Assembly: GCF_006345805.1 (NCBI RefSeq)
Contig: NC_043007.1
Location: 64,108,001-64,172,000, forward strand
DNA: 64,000 nt
DNA from: Octopus sinensis
Lineage: Eukaryota
Direction of reading: 5' to 3'
Position 1 is the stretch's first letter, and each line of letters begins with the position of its first letter. A program made the translations under genes and the position numbers. Of this stretch, positions 51,814 to 64,000 are shown piece after piece. The notes below the pieces were generated by a model. The model saw only the letters and a list, made by a program, of their open reading frames with translations. It was not told where the DNA came from and ran no database searches.

Positions 51814-51855
51814 GTACCTGAAGAGACCCAGAATGGGTCAAAACATGTGTTGTAC
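51814..51855 (+). ncRNA. Decayed hammerhead-like motif
   Basis: gtac-CTGAAGA-GACCC-agaat-GGGTC-AAAA-CATGT...gtac; G12 lost, consistent with CpG decay. Confidence 0.45.
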
Positions 51856-52319
51856 CCAATAAAGTCTATTACAAATTCCTTCTCCTATTTTATTAATATT
51901 GTTACCTCAACCGCTAGTACAAAGTTCCTACAGTAAATCTATGGATAACAACAGGTAATTGAAACTATGCCAGTACTTTACTCATCATCAATTTATACAT
52001 TTTGTATAATTCCTCTCAACATCACTTGCTATCTCTAAACACACTCTTGTGGAACATTCCCCCTTTATTCCCTCTGTACTACTTCTACTACACCCACTGT
52101 GCTCTGGTGGGAAGGCCCCCTCTCTCTCACTCTGACTGTCCATCTATCTATCTATCTCTCTAACACCTTCCCACCTTTCTCTCTTTCCTTTTCAAAATGA
52201 GGTAACTAAGGATCTCCTCAACAGTAAGAGTGTTACCTCTGTCATATCTTAACCTCTCAGTTCCACTCCCTCTCTCAGCTCAGCGGTCCTTGTCTTGTAA
52301 ACTCATGGTACTAGTGCCA

Positions 52320-52505
52320 CACAAAAAGCACTGGGTACACTCTGTAGAGTGGATGGCATTGGGAAGGACATCTAACCATAGAAACCATGACAAAGCAGAC
52401 AAAGCCTGGTGCAGCTCTCTGGCTTACCAACTCCTGTCAAACCATCCAACCCATGCCAGCATGGGAAATGGATGTTAAATGATGATGATGATGATAATGA
52501 TGATG
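52320..52505 (+). mobile_element. RTE 3'-tail fragment
   Basis: ccaacccatgccagcatggg...(GAT)n. Confidence 0.75.
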
Positions 52506-52723
52506 ATATATAATATATCATATAATATGATACTATATAAGGGGCACGAGCACTTTCATACGCAGGTGTTGTTGTGTGATAAGATGTTTACCTCCCAACC
52601 ACAGTCTTGGGTTTAGTCCCACTGCATGGCATCTTGGGCAAGTGTCTTCCATAATAGTTCCAGGATGACCAAAACCTTGTGAATAGATTTAATAGATGGA
52701 AATGGAAAGAAACCCATCATATA

Positions 52724-52756
<33 letters not shown>

Positions 52757-52908
52757 ATATATATATGTATATATATGTATGTATATATATATATATGTAT
52801 ATATATGTATGTATATATATATATATATGATTCAAAATGTGACCGCGTGTGTACCATTGGCGATTTTTTCCTCTGTCTTCCCTTCTTTGGATCTTTCCTT
52901 TTCCTATG

Positions 52909-52941
52909 TTTCTGACGAAGAGCTCCGCTTGAAATGTTAAA
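52909..52941 (+). ncRNA. Minimal hammerhead-like motif within Penelope-like terminal repeat
   Basis: ttt-CTGACGA-A-GAGC-tcc-GCTT-GAAA-TGTT-aaa. Confidence 0.55.
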
Positions 52942-53549
52942 CCCTCCTTCTTTCCTTCCTTCCTGTGCGTCCAATAATACTATATTTGTTCCACGTCCTC
53001 GCGTTGTTGTGTTTTCTCTTTGTATTTTTGTGTTGGGATTAACTTTACATATATATACATACATACACACATACACACACATATATATGTAAAAAGGTAA
53101 CATTTGCTTTGAAGTGAGAATATAATGTGAAAGATGTATGTACACTGGCAAAAATAAATTTAAGACCGATGATAAAAGTTCTATTTCTTACAATATATTT
53201 TGTTACTAACACCATTCAAATTATTTTTATCTTTTACACCTGATGCAGAATTTATTTCTCTTTCAAATGATGCGGACAATAACTATTTTTATACAACTTG
53301 AAGAATTCTAATGCTAAATTAATATAAACGTTTCAAATTTACTGTTAATGTGTGAAAGTGAGGCAAGGTCTGTAACATCATGTTTTTCATTTCATTTTTG
53401 GCTCTGTTAGTATACTCCAAATGCCGTAAACTTCATAAAAGTAAGATCACTCTAATGTATATATATATATATTCACAAACATGTATGCACACTCCCTCTC
53501 TACTCCCTTCCTCCTCCTCTCTTTCTCTCCCTACATTTTAATCCTAAAG

Positions 53550-53687
53550 CCAATTCAAGAGTTCAGAGATAGTTTGGCCAACCACTACCACTGCCAGCAA
53601 CTTTAGTTTGCCTGAATATATTCATGAGCTACAGAAAATGGCAACACAGCAGGAACCTAGAATCAAAAGATCCAATGATGATAACAA
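53550..53687 (+). CDS. Candidate exon (phase 2-2, 138 nt)
   Basis: Pyrimidine-rich acceptor ...cctaaag|, donor aa|gtaaag; QFKSSEIVWPTTTTASNFSLPEYIHELQKMATQQEPRIKRSNDDN. Confidence 0.4.
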
Positions 53688-53772
53688 GTAAAGTATTACT
53701 CAATAGTTTATAATGGAATTGAAGGTTTAGATACCTGTGGAGTATCTAATACCCTTTATAATTGTTTTGTAG

Positions 53773-53806
53773 ATTCAAGGAGTTGGAACGGGTTGCCAAT
53801 TTGTGA
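53773..53806 (+). CDS. Candidate terminal coding exon
   Basis: 85-nt intron with ctaat branch-like site and ttgttttgtag|; (K)FKELERVANL*; AATAAA at 53864-53869. Confidence 0.35.
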
Positions 53807-53889
53807 CATCTGTGCGAAGCGAAGTGATGAGAATGGCTCTGTAGTACATTACACGGTCAATACAATAAATATAAATTGAACAATGCATA

Positions 53890-54770
53890 TATGTGCCAGA
53901 GGGAAATAAGAGCCTCAACTGGGTAGAATGTTTAAGAGAAGATTTATTGATATGTTAATGTGTGATTGTGTGTGTAGCATATATACAGAATAATAGACAG
54001 GCCATCATAAGAGTATGTAGGCATAGACATGTGCGTGTTAAGAGCATGTAAGGATGGTGATGAAGAAGAGACTGTGAAAGAGTCTGTAGCCATCGAAGTA
54101 AGGAGTAAGTTCATAGACACAAGAATGATAAACACCAGTTTGTAGTCAGTTGTACACAATAGTTGAAATACTGTATCAAGAAGTTGTGGTGTTGATGCAG
54201 AGCTGGTTGCAGTACATGTCATACTTAAAGTTGTGGCTGTGATGCTGCTGCCTGGGTCACTTGGTACAGGAGTTCTCGCAGGTTGTATATTCGCTGTTGA
54301 TCCATGGTGAAGTAACTTACGAACAGTGCATTGTTGTAACCTGGGTGAGTACATAGAGAGATGTTGACGTTAGGACAAATGGTGGCGACGAAGATGGAGG
54401 TTGCCATAATGAAGTTGGTGAGTCCCACGTGGCTGCTGTTGTGTTGTCGTTGGAACTGGTGGTGCCATGTGTGGCCAGTGGTTAGACCTTAAAAGGTTTG
54501 AAACCAAAGACATTGAGACGAGGAAAAGTTAGGTTTTTTTATAAGGAGTTGTAGGCTCAGGTGATGTAGAAAACATGACCTTATTTGAAAGCTGTGATTG
54601 GTTGGGTTGCATATTGGCATGCCAGAGACAAACTGTGCCAATACCAACCAATCAGAGTAGTGGACACAACAGGGTCCAAAATGCGGCCAAAGGCTAGCTG
54701 TTATCTGCTACGTTCGTATGTATGTCTATATAATAGAGAGGAGAGGAATTTCACTCAGGTATACGCTACA
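53890..54770 (-). mobile_element. Possible solo-LTR-like or unclassified repeat
   Basis: Starts TGTAGC on - strand, paired CCAAT boxes, aataaa near 3' end; no TSD found. Confidence 0.3.
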
Positions 54771-55239
54771 AGTTAAACATATAAAATTCCAGTTCCATTA
54801 GAAAAGTAGCCTTACTCAAGAAGCAGGAAAATAAAATACTAAATGCAACACTAACAATAGTTTCAACTGTTTGTTACAATTGCTGCAAATATTGTAACTG
54901 CAATGGGAACAACAATAATGCCAACATGTCAATGAGAAAGCCTCTATGTGGTCACTTGACTGAGTAGAAGTAGCTGTAAAATCTTCCTCAAATTACACTT
55001 TTTTGCTTTAAAAAAGGGAAAACACATTGGATAGTGTGGTCCTAGATTCTCTTAAAAATATGGATGCTCAAGTATGGTTGACCTGGGGCTAAAAATCAAT
55101 GACAATGGCAACCAAAACAATGATACCATTCATAACAATAATACTTGCAAAAATAGTAACAATTGTGACAAGAATACAACCAATACTGATTGCAGTAGCA
55201 ATGACAGCAGTTGTTTCAACAGCAGCAATTAAACAGAGC

Positions 55240-55440
55240 AAGGAGCCTCTGCATGATTGTTTGATCTGCTAGAAACAGCAGCCAAGTCTCCTTCAAATCA
55301 CACCCTACTGTCTTGGAAAAGGAATGGAGACATCAGATAATATAGCCCTATATACTCTTAAAATGATGGAATAGTCACAGCTGGAAAGCCCTCTATCAAA
55401 AGCCTGATCATTCAGAGTGGTCTGAGACTAAACAACAACA
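55240..55440 (+). mobile_element. Repeat family C copy (another at 54935-55105)
   Basis: ggagcctctgcatgattg...ctgctagaaacagcagccaagtctccttcaaatcacaccc...aaacaacaac. Confidence 0.65.
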
Positions 55441-57602
55441 AAATGCCAGTAGATTTGAAAATGAGAGATGTTAACTGGAAACTTGTATTTAAGTGAAAAT
55501 CAATTGAAGTAGTCTGTCAACTGTGTAAGTTATTAGCTTGCAGAAATGCTAGAAAGGATGCTTAGAAAGATTATTAAAAAAGTTAAGAAAACCTGCCAAA
55601 CACAGGTGGAGAGAACTAAACTTATGACCTAAAACAACATTAGAGATGTGGACTTCCATATGTAATCAGAGTAGAGTTTCCAGTTACAGGAATTATATTC
55701 TTCCAACATTGGAGTAATATGTTGGAGAAGAACAGATGCAAGCAAAGATAAATAGTAGATAGATATACTCTTAATAAAAAAAAAAAAGAATTAAGCAGCT
55801 TCAGTAGAGAAAAGAGACAAAAATTGTGGAATAGATGACTGTTCCTTCAATGTCCAACATGAAAGCTGTTTTGTTAGAGATAAGGCATATATACAAAACA
55901 GGGATTGAAATTCAGAATAAGCATCAAATAACTGAGCAGATTCACAACTTTCTTAACCACTACTTTGTATGATTGATTAAAAAAGTCAGGTTAGTAATGG
56001 TATATCTTAAAGAGCCTCTCTTAACAATGTGGTATCTCTAAATAACATATTCAGATGTACATTGAACTGCCTGAAGTACAAGAGGTTTTAGACATTTGCA
56101 GAGAAGCAAGTTACTGTGATTAAATGATCTGTTTAGAAAATCTTTTTGTATACACATACTTGTTTGTTTCTGTCTTTGTTAATGTATACAACCACTGGCA
56201 GTTGACAATGAGCAAAATCCAGCAGTGAACCAGAGAATGCTTCATTTACAAGCAAAGGCTTTATATTGGAGACATTTTGGTCTCTATATTATCAAAATGA
56301 AGGTGTAAAAATTATGTTCAGGAAGCTATCAAAGAATTTTATGATTTTTAGTAGGGTTATCCAGAACAATATCAGTATATTACATTCTTTATTGTTGGAC
56401 AGTGGTATCAGTCATACTGTTAAAGGTTTGATTTGGTATAGACTTCAAGGGATAAACTCATTGTCTAATGTGACAAATTTTAACCAGAAATGAACTGAAA
56501 GTAGTCTTTACAGTGTCTGGACTTCAGATTGGCACGCAACAATTGCAATTCACATTTGATATGCTTTAGTCCTGTAATTTATAATCTTTGGATAGTTGCA
56601 TACATATTTCCCAAATGCTTGTCTGTTATTTTATCAGTATGCTTGCTTTTGTTACATCTTTTTACAATGCTTGCAACCCAAGCTGACATAATTAAGTCCC
56701 TTTCAAATGGTTGTCATTTTGATTACACCATATTATAAGAAAATAATATTGCTATTATAATGGTAATATAATTATAAGGACACTAGTTGCTAATTAGCTC
56801 AGGGTAAAGAAAGCCAATGACCAAAGACAGTTCATCCATTACTATCAAATCTTTTATTTACACATAATGTATTTAGGATTACATGATCCAATGTTCCCTT
56901 CCTTTTTGAAGATGATAAGGTGTGACTTTAAGATTTGGTTGCTACTTCTAGCAGGTGAGTGACCATATAGGAGCTTCCCTATTGCTTCAAGAATACTTGT
57001 TTTTATAATACAGTGTTGTTAACTCTATATATTTTATAATGACTTAAACAGGCTAATGAGAGAATTTTTTCACAGATTTTTGACTAAATCTTCCTTAAAT
57101 CACATTCTACCATCTTTGGTAGGATTCAATATGTAGTTCAAGCAAAAGCCTTCTTTGTCATGACTCCAGTTGGAAATTTTCTACCAATTGTGTGAACACT
57201 ACTTTTTGTCAGACAACAGTTTCAGATTACCAAACTCTTTGTTGTTTGAACAATTTTTAAAAAAGGGAGGAAGTTTAATTCAGGCACAGAATGATAATTT
57301 AAACTTTACTATCTACAACTAGTAGCAACATTGATGAAATGACCATCGTGTATATACTGTACATCCTGATCTCTGGGTAAGAAGCAATATGATTGAAATG
57401 CCTAATATATTTATATATCTAGAAGGCAAAGTATGAACAAAAAAAACAACAACTGGAAAAAGCAGTAGTCTGTGCCTTTTAGATTTGTAGTCTGTGTTTT
57501 TAGAAATACTTTTAGGCTACAGTAGAAGACAGTATATAATACTTACTCCACTATGTTTTTATTTTGTTTAGAGATAAGAGTTTAAAAGGCACTAATTCTT
57601 AT

Positions 57603-57690
57603 AGAGTGAAGGAAGCATGGATTTCTTTGAGATAAGAGTGAAAAAAGCATGAATTACTTAGAAATAAGAGTGAAGAAAGCATGGATTGCT
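57603..57690. repeat. 32-bp minisatellite, ~3 units
   Basis: agagtgaa...agcatg(g/a)att at 57603, 57635 and 57667. Confidence 0.85.
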
Positions 57691-58794
57691 GTATTTAATA
57701 ATGTACCCTATGATTAGTCATAGAATTAGTGATTTATATCCTGTCATTGGAATTGTTTTGTCAATCAAGATTCTTAACCTCAATAGTCGAAACCCAACTA
57801 GTTTGTTCAAGGTATGCATGTATTGCAGATTATATAACACTATTTTAAATGGTGGTAGTACTGTAAAAGTGATGAGTGTTTCATTTGCTTCAATTTTGAA
57901 TTTAATTACATCAACAAAAAGGGTATCTGCAATAGTCTGACATCGTATGCAAGGGAAGGTTTGTCTCTCATTTGTTTTACCCTGCAGGACCTGAAGATAA
58001 ACATTTGCCTTGTAGATACTAGTGATACCAAAAATAATTTTTATTTATATATATATTTTTTTTCACTTTAGATACCAGTGAAGGAAATGTCAACCAGTAT
58101 TGCAATTGATAAAGGAGAATATTTTGTTTTTCTACTTATAGTACTTAGCTTGACCTGTACAATATAGCTGCATGACATAATTAAAAGATAGAATACAAGT
58201 GCAGCAGATAGAGTAGCAACAGAGATTAACAATATAACAGGAGTTCTTTCTCCTAGTCTTTTGCTTTTTATTTTATTACGGAGGTTGTGCTAGTAATAAG
58301 AACAGATGTACTAACAGCCACAATGTTATATCTGTGTGGTGTGTGTGTGTGTGTGCATGTGCTCAAGTGTGTGTGTGTGCATGTGCTCAAGTGTGTGTGT
58401 ATGATGTATGTATGTATGTATGTAGCAGTTAGAAGACAAACTACAAAGATGAAGCAACAATGAAATCAACAATAGGTGTAAGAATGTGACAGATGCTAAA
58501 TGTACAAGGAACGTACACAGAGATATAAAGATTGAAAGAAGTAGAAGAAATAACTACAGAAGAGTCAGTTGTAATGTCAATAACAGTAACAAACACAGCA
58601 GTGGTAGAAAGGGCAGTAGCAATAATGACAAGTGTAGGAAAGGTTCATTTGATGAAATTTTTGATGATAAACAGTGATAAACTGAATTCTGGTCATCAAG
58701 ACATTGATACAGATTTGCAACAGCATATGTTCAGATGGAAAGGAAGCATTTTCTTTGAGATAAAAAAAAAGCAAGTTAAATTAGTCAATAACAA

Positions 58795-58925
58795 CAACAT
58801 CATCATCATCATCATCAGATCAGTCTGATCTGGCAGTGTTTCTACAGCTGGATGCCCTTCCTAATGCCAACCATTCCTTGAGTGTAGTAAGTGCTTTTGC
58901 CAGAGGAAGCTGGCAAACGGCCACA
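58795..58925 (-). mobile_element. Internally deleted RTE tail fragment
   Basis: (CAT)n then cagtctgatctggcagtgtttctacagctggatgcc. Confidence 0.75.
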
Positions 58926-58945
58926 ATTGGTTATATATATATATA

Positions 58946-60205
58946 TCAGGTCATCCCATAAATTCTGTTCGAATTTTAAATAAAGAAAACAAGTGATCAA
59001 ATGTTGTATTTAATTGAAAATTAATCATCAATGTACTTTCCCTGATTATCTATGACTTCCTTCCATCTATTTACAAGCTTTTTAATCCCATCAATATAAA
59101 ACTCTTTTGGTTTCAAAGCGAAGAACTCTGAAATGTCAGTTTCGACCTCCTCCTGGCTTGCAAAAGTTATGTACCCCAAATGATTCTGTAAACTATGAAA
59201 CAATTGGTAGTCTGAAGGAGCAAGGTCAGGAGAATAAGGTGGATGAGGGATTTTTTCCCAACCAAGCTCTTTGATCTTCTGTGATGTGATCTTTGCAGTG
59301 TGGGGTTGCGCATTGTCCTGATGAAACATCACTCCTTTTCGATTCACTAATGCATGTCTTATTTCTTCAAAGCTTGGTTCAAACACTCTAATTGCTGACA
59401 GTAGACTTGAGCATTGATTGTTGCATTAGGTGATAACAATCCCATCAGATAGAGAGAAGAACCTTCTTCCCATGAAGTTCCCTTCTCAGTTGTGGTTGAG
59501 CTTTTTCCCTTTTACCAAGCCATTGTTTACAACGTTTAACATTTCGATAGAAGATCTATTTTTCATTACCAGTCACAAGTCTATCCAAAAAGGGTGAAAT
59601 GAGTTCCCAAGAATGGAGAGAAGAGCAGATGTCAACTCGGGATTTGCTGTTGCTTTTGGACAATTCATGAGGCACCCATTTTTCAAGTTTAGGAACCTTT
59701 CCAAGTTGTTGAAGATGACGATGAACAGTTGCATAGTTTCAACTAAGCTTTATTGACAATTCTTCAACTGATAATGCAGGATTTTCTTCAAGTAACGCCT
59801 CAAGGAGCTTATCATCAAACTCAACTGGACGTCCTGTTCGATCTGCATCTTCAAGACTGAAATCTCCACTTCTAAATTTTGGAAACCATCTTCTGCAAGT
59901 TCTTTCATTCAAGCATTCTTTCCCATCAACTGAGTGTATGTTTCGAGTTGTTTTGGCTGCAGAGTTTCATTTTTTGTGCTCATAAAGCATTACGTGCCTC
60001 AAATGCTCTTTGGATACTTCCATGTTAGAAAAAGTTTAATCAAAGAAATTTTAATTTTATTATTCTGTAAAATAATATTTATTTAGTTTAAATGTACACA
60101 AATGCATAAAAATAATTTTAAATTCCATCAAACATTCTAAAATACTAATAAATTTCATTCAATTTTAAAAAAGTAAAATCAGACTGAACTTATGAGATGA
60201 CCTGA
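58946..60205 (-). mobile_element. Full-length mariner (DD34D-type) transposon
   Basis: TIRs tcaggtcatc(c/t)cataa, TA flanks, ~1.26 kb. Confidence 0.95.
59021..60023 (-). pseudogene. Mariner transposase pseudogene
   Basis: MEVSKEHLRH...RWFPKFRSGD...WVPHEL...FHQDNA...HPPYSPDLAPSDY; in-frame stops and deletion. Confidence 0.93.
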
Positions 60206-60233
60206 TATATATGTATGTGTGTGTGTGTGTGTA

Positions 60234-61230
60234 CAGAACTGTGCAAAAGTCTTTGGCCACTTAAAATTATTGTAAATTTCTACTAATTGACAACTTGTTT
60301 TGCATTGTGTTTTTTATCGATGAAATATTGGCCCTGTTGGAGTCATTTCCATACCTAATCATTATATATTGATGTAGGGGTTCTGAACAAGAGGGCAAGA
60401 TATGAGATGACCATCAAAAATGGCCATGTGCAAAGGTTTTCAGCCAGCTCACACAAACCAATCAAAATACAGTGTTTTAAAACAGAAAAATGTCTATAAT
60501 GAAAATTTATTACATAATGTTCATTTCAAGAAGTTTCTGGATATTGTTAATATTTCGTGTGGCATCCCTTAGCTTGAATAATTGCGTCAATGCACCTGAG
60601 AAGAGATTCATTACAAATCCTTCACAGGTATGAGATGCATTCTCTGTGACTGAGCTTCCACAACTCTTCAAGATTGCATCAATTCTTCTGAAGAGCCCTT
60701 CTCTTTAGTTCTGTTCACATATTCTCAATGATATTTAAGTCAAGGCCCTGAGCTGGCCAATCTGTCAATAAGGTAACACCTTCATCAGACAAATTCTGTT
60801 GTGTTGCATGTGATCTGTGACATGGAACTCCATCATGCTGAAAAATTTTAACTTCATCCAAGTCTGGTATCAAATTGTCCTTCAGCAACTGGAGATATTT
60901 GGCACTATTCAAGTTACTGTCAATTTCAATCAACTTTCTTGAACCATCACTTTTTATGTATCAGACTTACCCTAAATTTCACTGTTTTCATCATGTAACA
61001 TGCATGGGTCGTTTTGCTTTCTAATAAGCGAGAATTAGTCAGAAGGCCTACAGGAAAGTGAAACAACTGTTACATGATGAGAACAGGGAAGTCTGTGGGT
61101 ATAGAGTCTGATGGAAATGGCTCCAACAAGGCCAATGTTTCAGCTGTAAAAAATGCAATGCGAAACTTATAAGTTGGCAATTAGTAGAAATTTACAATAA
61201 TTTAAAGTGGCCGAAGACTTTTGCACAGTA

Positions 61231-61233
<3 letters not shown>
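60234..61233 (-). mobile_element. Internally deleted Tc1-like element
   Basis: ~65-bp TIRs cag(a/t)actgtgcaaaagtctt(t/c)ggccact, TA flanks; remnant FQHDGVPCH...WPAQGLDLNIIEN...KGCHTKY. Confidence 0.92.
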
Positions 61234-61311
<78 letters not shown>

Positions 61312-61934
61312 AGCCGAGTATCCTGTCTTTACAAGGTGATTTTCACAATAGAATACCTTGGCAGACTTTTGGGATAGAGTTAGGTTTACTCTATTTTCAT
61401 GGGAGTTTTGCAAATTTATTTTCATCACACCCTTAAAAATAGATAATTTTTTTTATGAAAAAATGTTTGAAAATTTACGAATCCCCCTCCCCTAATTCTG
61501 GACCAATTTTGTCCAATTGTTTTTGCACTACACACTTAAAAATGATGGGAGAAGCCTCAAAGGTTAAAAAGATAATTTTGGAAATCAGCAAACACCATTA
61601 CATTCCACACTTCCTATATTTTCAAACAGTTAATAAAATGTAATTTAAAAACAATAGCGAAATTTTTAAAAGTTACTTTAACCACCACTACCACCATAAA
61701 TCCTTAAATTTTGTTTTTTTTTATTTCTTCTTTAATCATAATTTTAAAATACAGACAGCCCAATCAGCAATTTGTTTCTGTTTATAATTTCAAAATAATT
61801 TTCAAGCAAAAAAGTGTTGATTTAAAGGAGATTTAGCTATTGTTTCTATAATAATCACAACCACCTGGTACCTTCCTTATTTCTTTGTTACACATATTGA
61901 TGTTTTTAAATATTTTTCCTCTTAAATACATTCT

Positions 61935-62197
61935 ATGAAATGATGTACAGGTAGCATGCAAAAAACACCATTTGAGTGTGGTCGTTGCCAGTACCACCAT
62001 ACTGACCCTTGTGCCAGTTGCACATAAAAGCACCCACTACACTCATAGAGTGGTTGGCGTTAGGAAGGGCATCCAGCTGTAGAAACTCTGTCAGATCAAG
62101 ATTGGAGCCTGGTGCAGCCATCTAGTTTACCAGTCCTCAGTCAAATCGTCCAACCCTTGCTAGCATGGAAAACGGACGTTAAATGATGATGATGATG
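61935..62197 (+). mobile_element. RTE 3' UTR/tail fragment
   Basis: gcacccactacactcatagagtggttggcgttaggaagggcatccagc...(GAT)n. Confidence 0.88.
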
Positions 62198-62759
62198 TGA
62201 TGGTCTATTGCTGAGATTTAAGCAACAAAAAAAAATTTGTAATTTAAATTTTTAACCCCTCACCCTGCACCAATCAAGTTTGTGTGTGTGTGTGTGTGTA
62301 AGAAGAATCATATTTACTAACAAAAAAGGATACTATTAAAATTAATTTTCTTTTACAAACCTTTTTTAAGTCACTCTGTCACCTTAATGATCTTCTTTTC
62401 ACGTATGCATACACACCACATTGACAAGCACATACACACACAGTGAGAGCAATATATTTTTGTAGAGAGTGACAGAGAGGGAAAAAGTTTACCATGAGAG
62501 AAGCAAAAAATGAAAAAGAGATTTTGAAATTTTAAAATGAAGTGAAAATTTTCAAATTTGGTATATTGATGTACTTTTTCATGCTGGTGTTTGTGATTCA
62601 TTTATTCTAGAAAAATTTTAGCAAAATGTTACAGAGGTTTAAATTTTATCATTTTACCCAAACAGAAAACAAGATTTGTGTGTAATAGCTGTGATGAAAT
62701 GAAAGTAAACATTAGAAGACGAAGTGTTTTAAACAAAATGAAACCAATGCATTAGAGTT

Positions 62760-62900
62760 AATACATACATACATACATACATACATACATACATACATAC
62801 ATACATACACACATACACACACATACACACATACATACATACATATACATACATATACATACATACATATACATACATACACACGCACATACACACACAG
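62760..62900. repeat. (ATAC)n microsatellite
   Basis: Direct reading. Confidence 0.95.
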
Positions 62901-63127
62901 AAAGATAGAGAGAGATACATTCATGGTGACAAATAGAGAGCAGGGGAGTTGTTGGTCTAGAAGTTGAGTTATTTCTCATAGCTATTTATATTTTTTAACT
63001 ATTATTCATGAATGACCTTCACTCTGGGATGCCAACTTAAAAAATCAGATTTGTTTTACTTGAGGACACACCATTTCAGAGCCTTTCAGGGCTAAACACA
63101 CCTACATGACCACAAACACTCACATTT

Positions 63128-63510
63128 AGGCACAGGCGTACAAAGCATGGTTCCAGGTTCAGTCCCACTGTATGGCACCTAAAGCAATTGTCTTCTACAA
63201 TGGCCTTGAGCCAACCAAAGACTTGTGAGTGGATTTGGTAGGTAGAAACTGAAAGCAACCCATTGTATATGTATGTGTATGTGTATCTGTATCTATATAT
63301 GCGTGTCTTTGTGTATGTGTTTGTCCCTCTCATCACTGCTTGACAACTGGTGTTGGTGTGTTTACATCCCTGTAACTTAACAGTTTGGCAAAAGGGTCCA
63401 ATAAAATAAGTACTAGGCTTAAAAAATAAGTTCTGGGGTCAATTTGTTTGACTGAAATTCTTCAAGATTGTGCTCCAGCATGGCCACAGCCAAATGACTG
63501 AAACGAGTAA
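63128..63510 (+). mobile_element. SINE family B, followed by inverted partial B (63540-63650) and A (63690-63775) copies
   Basis: ggttccaggttcagtcccactgtatggcacc...gctccagcatggccacag. Confidence 0.85.
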
Positions 63511-64000
63511 AAGAATAAAAGAATATAAATTGAGTGGGTAAATATATGATGGGCTTCTTTCAGTTTAAATCTAGCAAATCCACTCACCAACTTTGGTTGG
63601 TCTGGGGCTATGGCAGAAGTCACTTGCCTGAGGTGCAACACTGTGGAACTAAGGAGTGAGAGAGAAGTAAAAAAGAAAACTGAACTCCAGTTTGATACAT
63701 TATTTATCAACTCCAAAAGTAATTAAAGGCAAAGTTGGCCTTGGCAGGATTTGAACTCACAGTGAGAAAGCAAGAATAAATGGCACATGACCATTCAATC
63801 CAATACTTTAATGACTGCCTAAGTACTTTTATTTTCAGGAAAAAAATGAGATTTCTCTGTTAATAACATGGTAGTATTTGTACTCCTTTTCTTATGTGTG
63901 CATTTGTGTGTGTATGTGTGTGTGCGTGCGTGGTTATGTTTCAATTGTGGATTCAAACAGAGACACTTCAATAGTACCCCCAACAACCCTATAGGTCATG

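Noticed and set aside
53773-53806. C-terminal ANL as catalase-like peroxisomal signal
   Set aside because: Upstream sequence is not catalase-like; secretory features fit better; a tripeptide alone is uninformative
53944-54428. 136-aa and 67-aa minus-strand ORFs
   Set aside because: No domain recognised, no splice support; within a putative repeat
56050-56740. Several 20-90-codon open stretches
   Set aside because: No consistent acceptor/donor pairs or recognisable motifs
63077-63095. Histone 3' stem-loop-like agcctttcagggct
   Set aside because: Does not match the 6-bp stem/4-nt loop consensus and there is no histone gene upstream

Overview
AT-rich, repeat-dominated eukaryotic DNA with no long intact host ORF. 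The SINE set, RTE LINEs with (GAT)n tails and very high microsatellite load suggest an octopus/coleoid cephalopod genome (inference). Clearly supported: several 5'-truncated RTE non-LTR retrotransposons, two of them young and carrying a PHD-finger-like motif inside the RT C-terminal region; many tRNA-derived SINEs; a full-length but dead mariner; an internally deleted Tc1; two DD37D (maT-type) non-autonomous elements; a hAT element with an exact 8-bp TSD; a fold-back MITE; and Gypsy and CR1/L2 remnants. The main signal not explained by the ORF track is about 15 minimal type-I hammerhead ribozyme-like motifs (CTGAnGA...GAAA, palindromic helix III), probably from Penelope-like elements. Eight of them form four independent fold-back palindromes, each with two outward-facing hammerheads. 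A few splice-compatible exon candidates exist; the best chain (49987-53806, +) reads like a secreted proprotein with a furin-type site. No host gene could be named. Most listed ORFs are microsatellite or antisense artefacts. All alignments and folds were judged by eye; TE and SINE boundaries are approximate unless a TSD is given.
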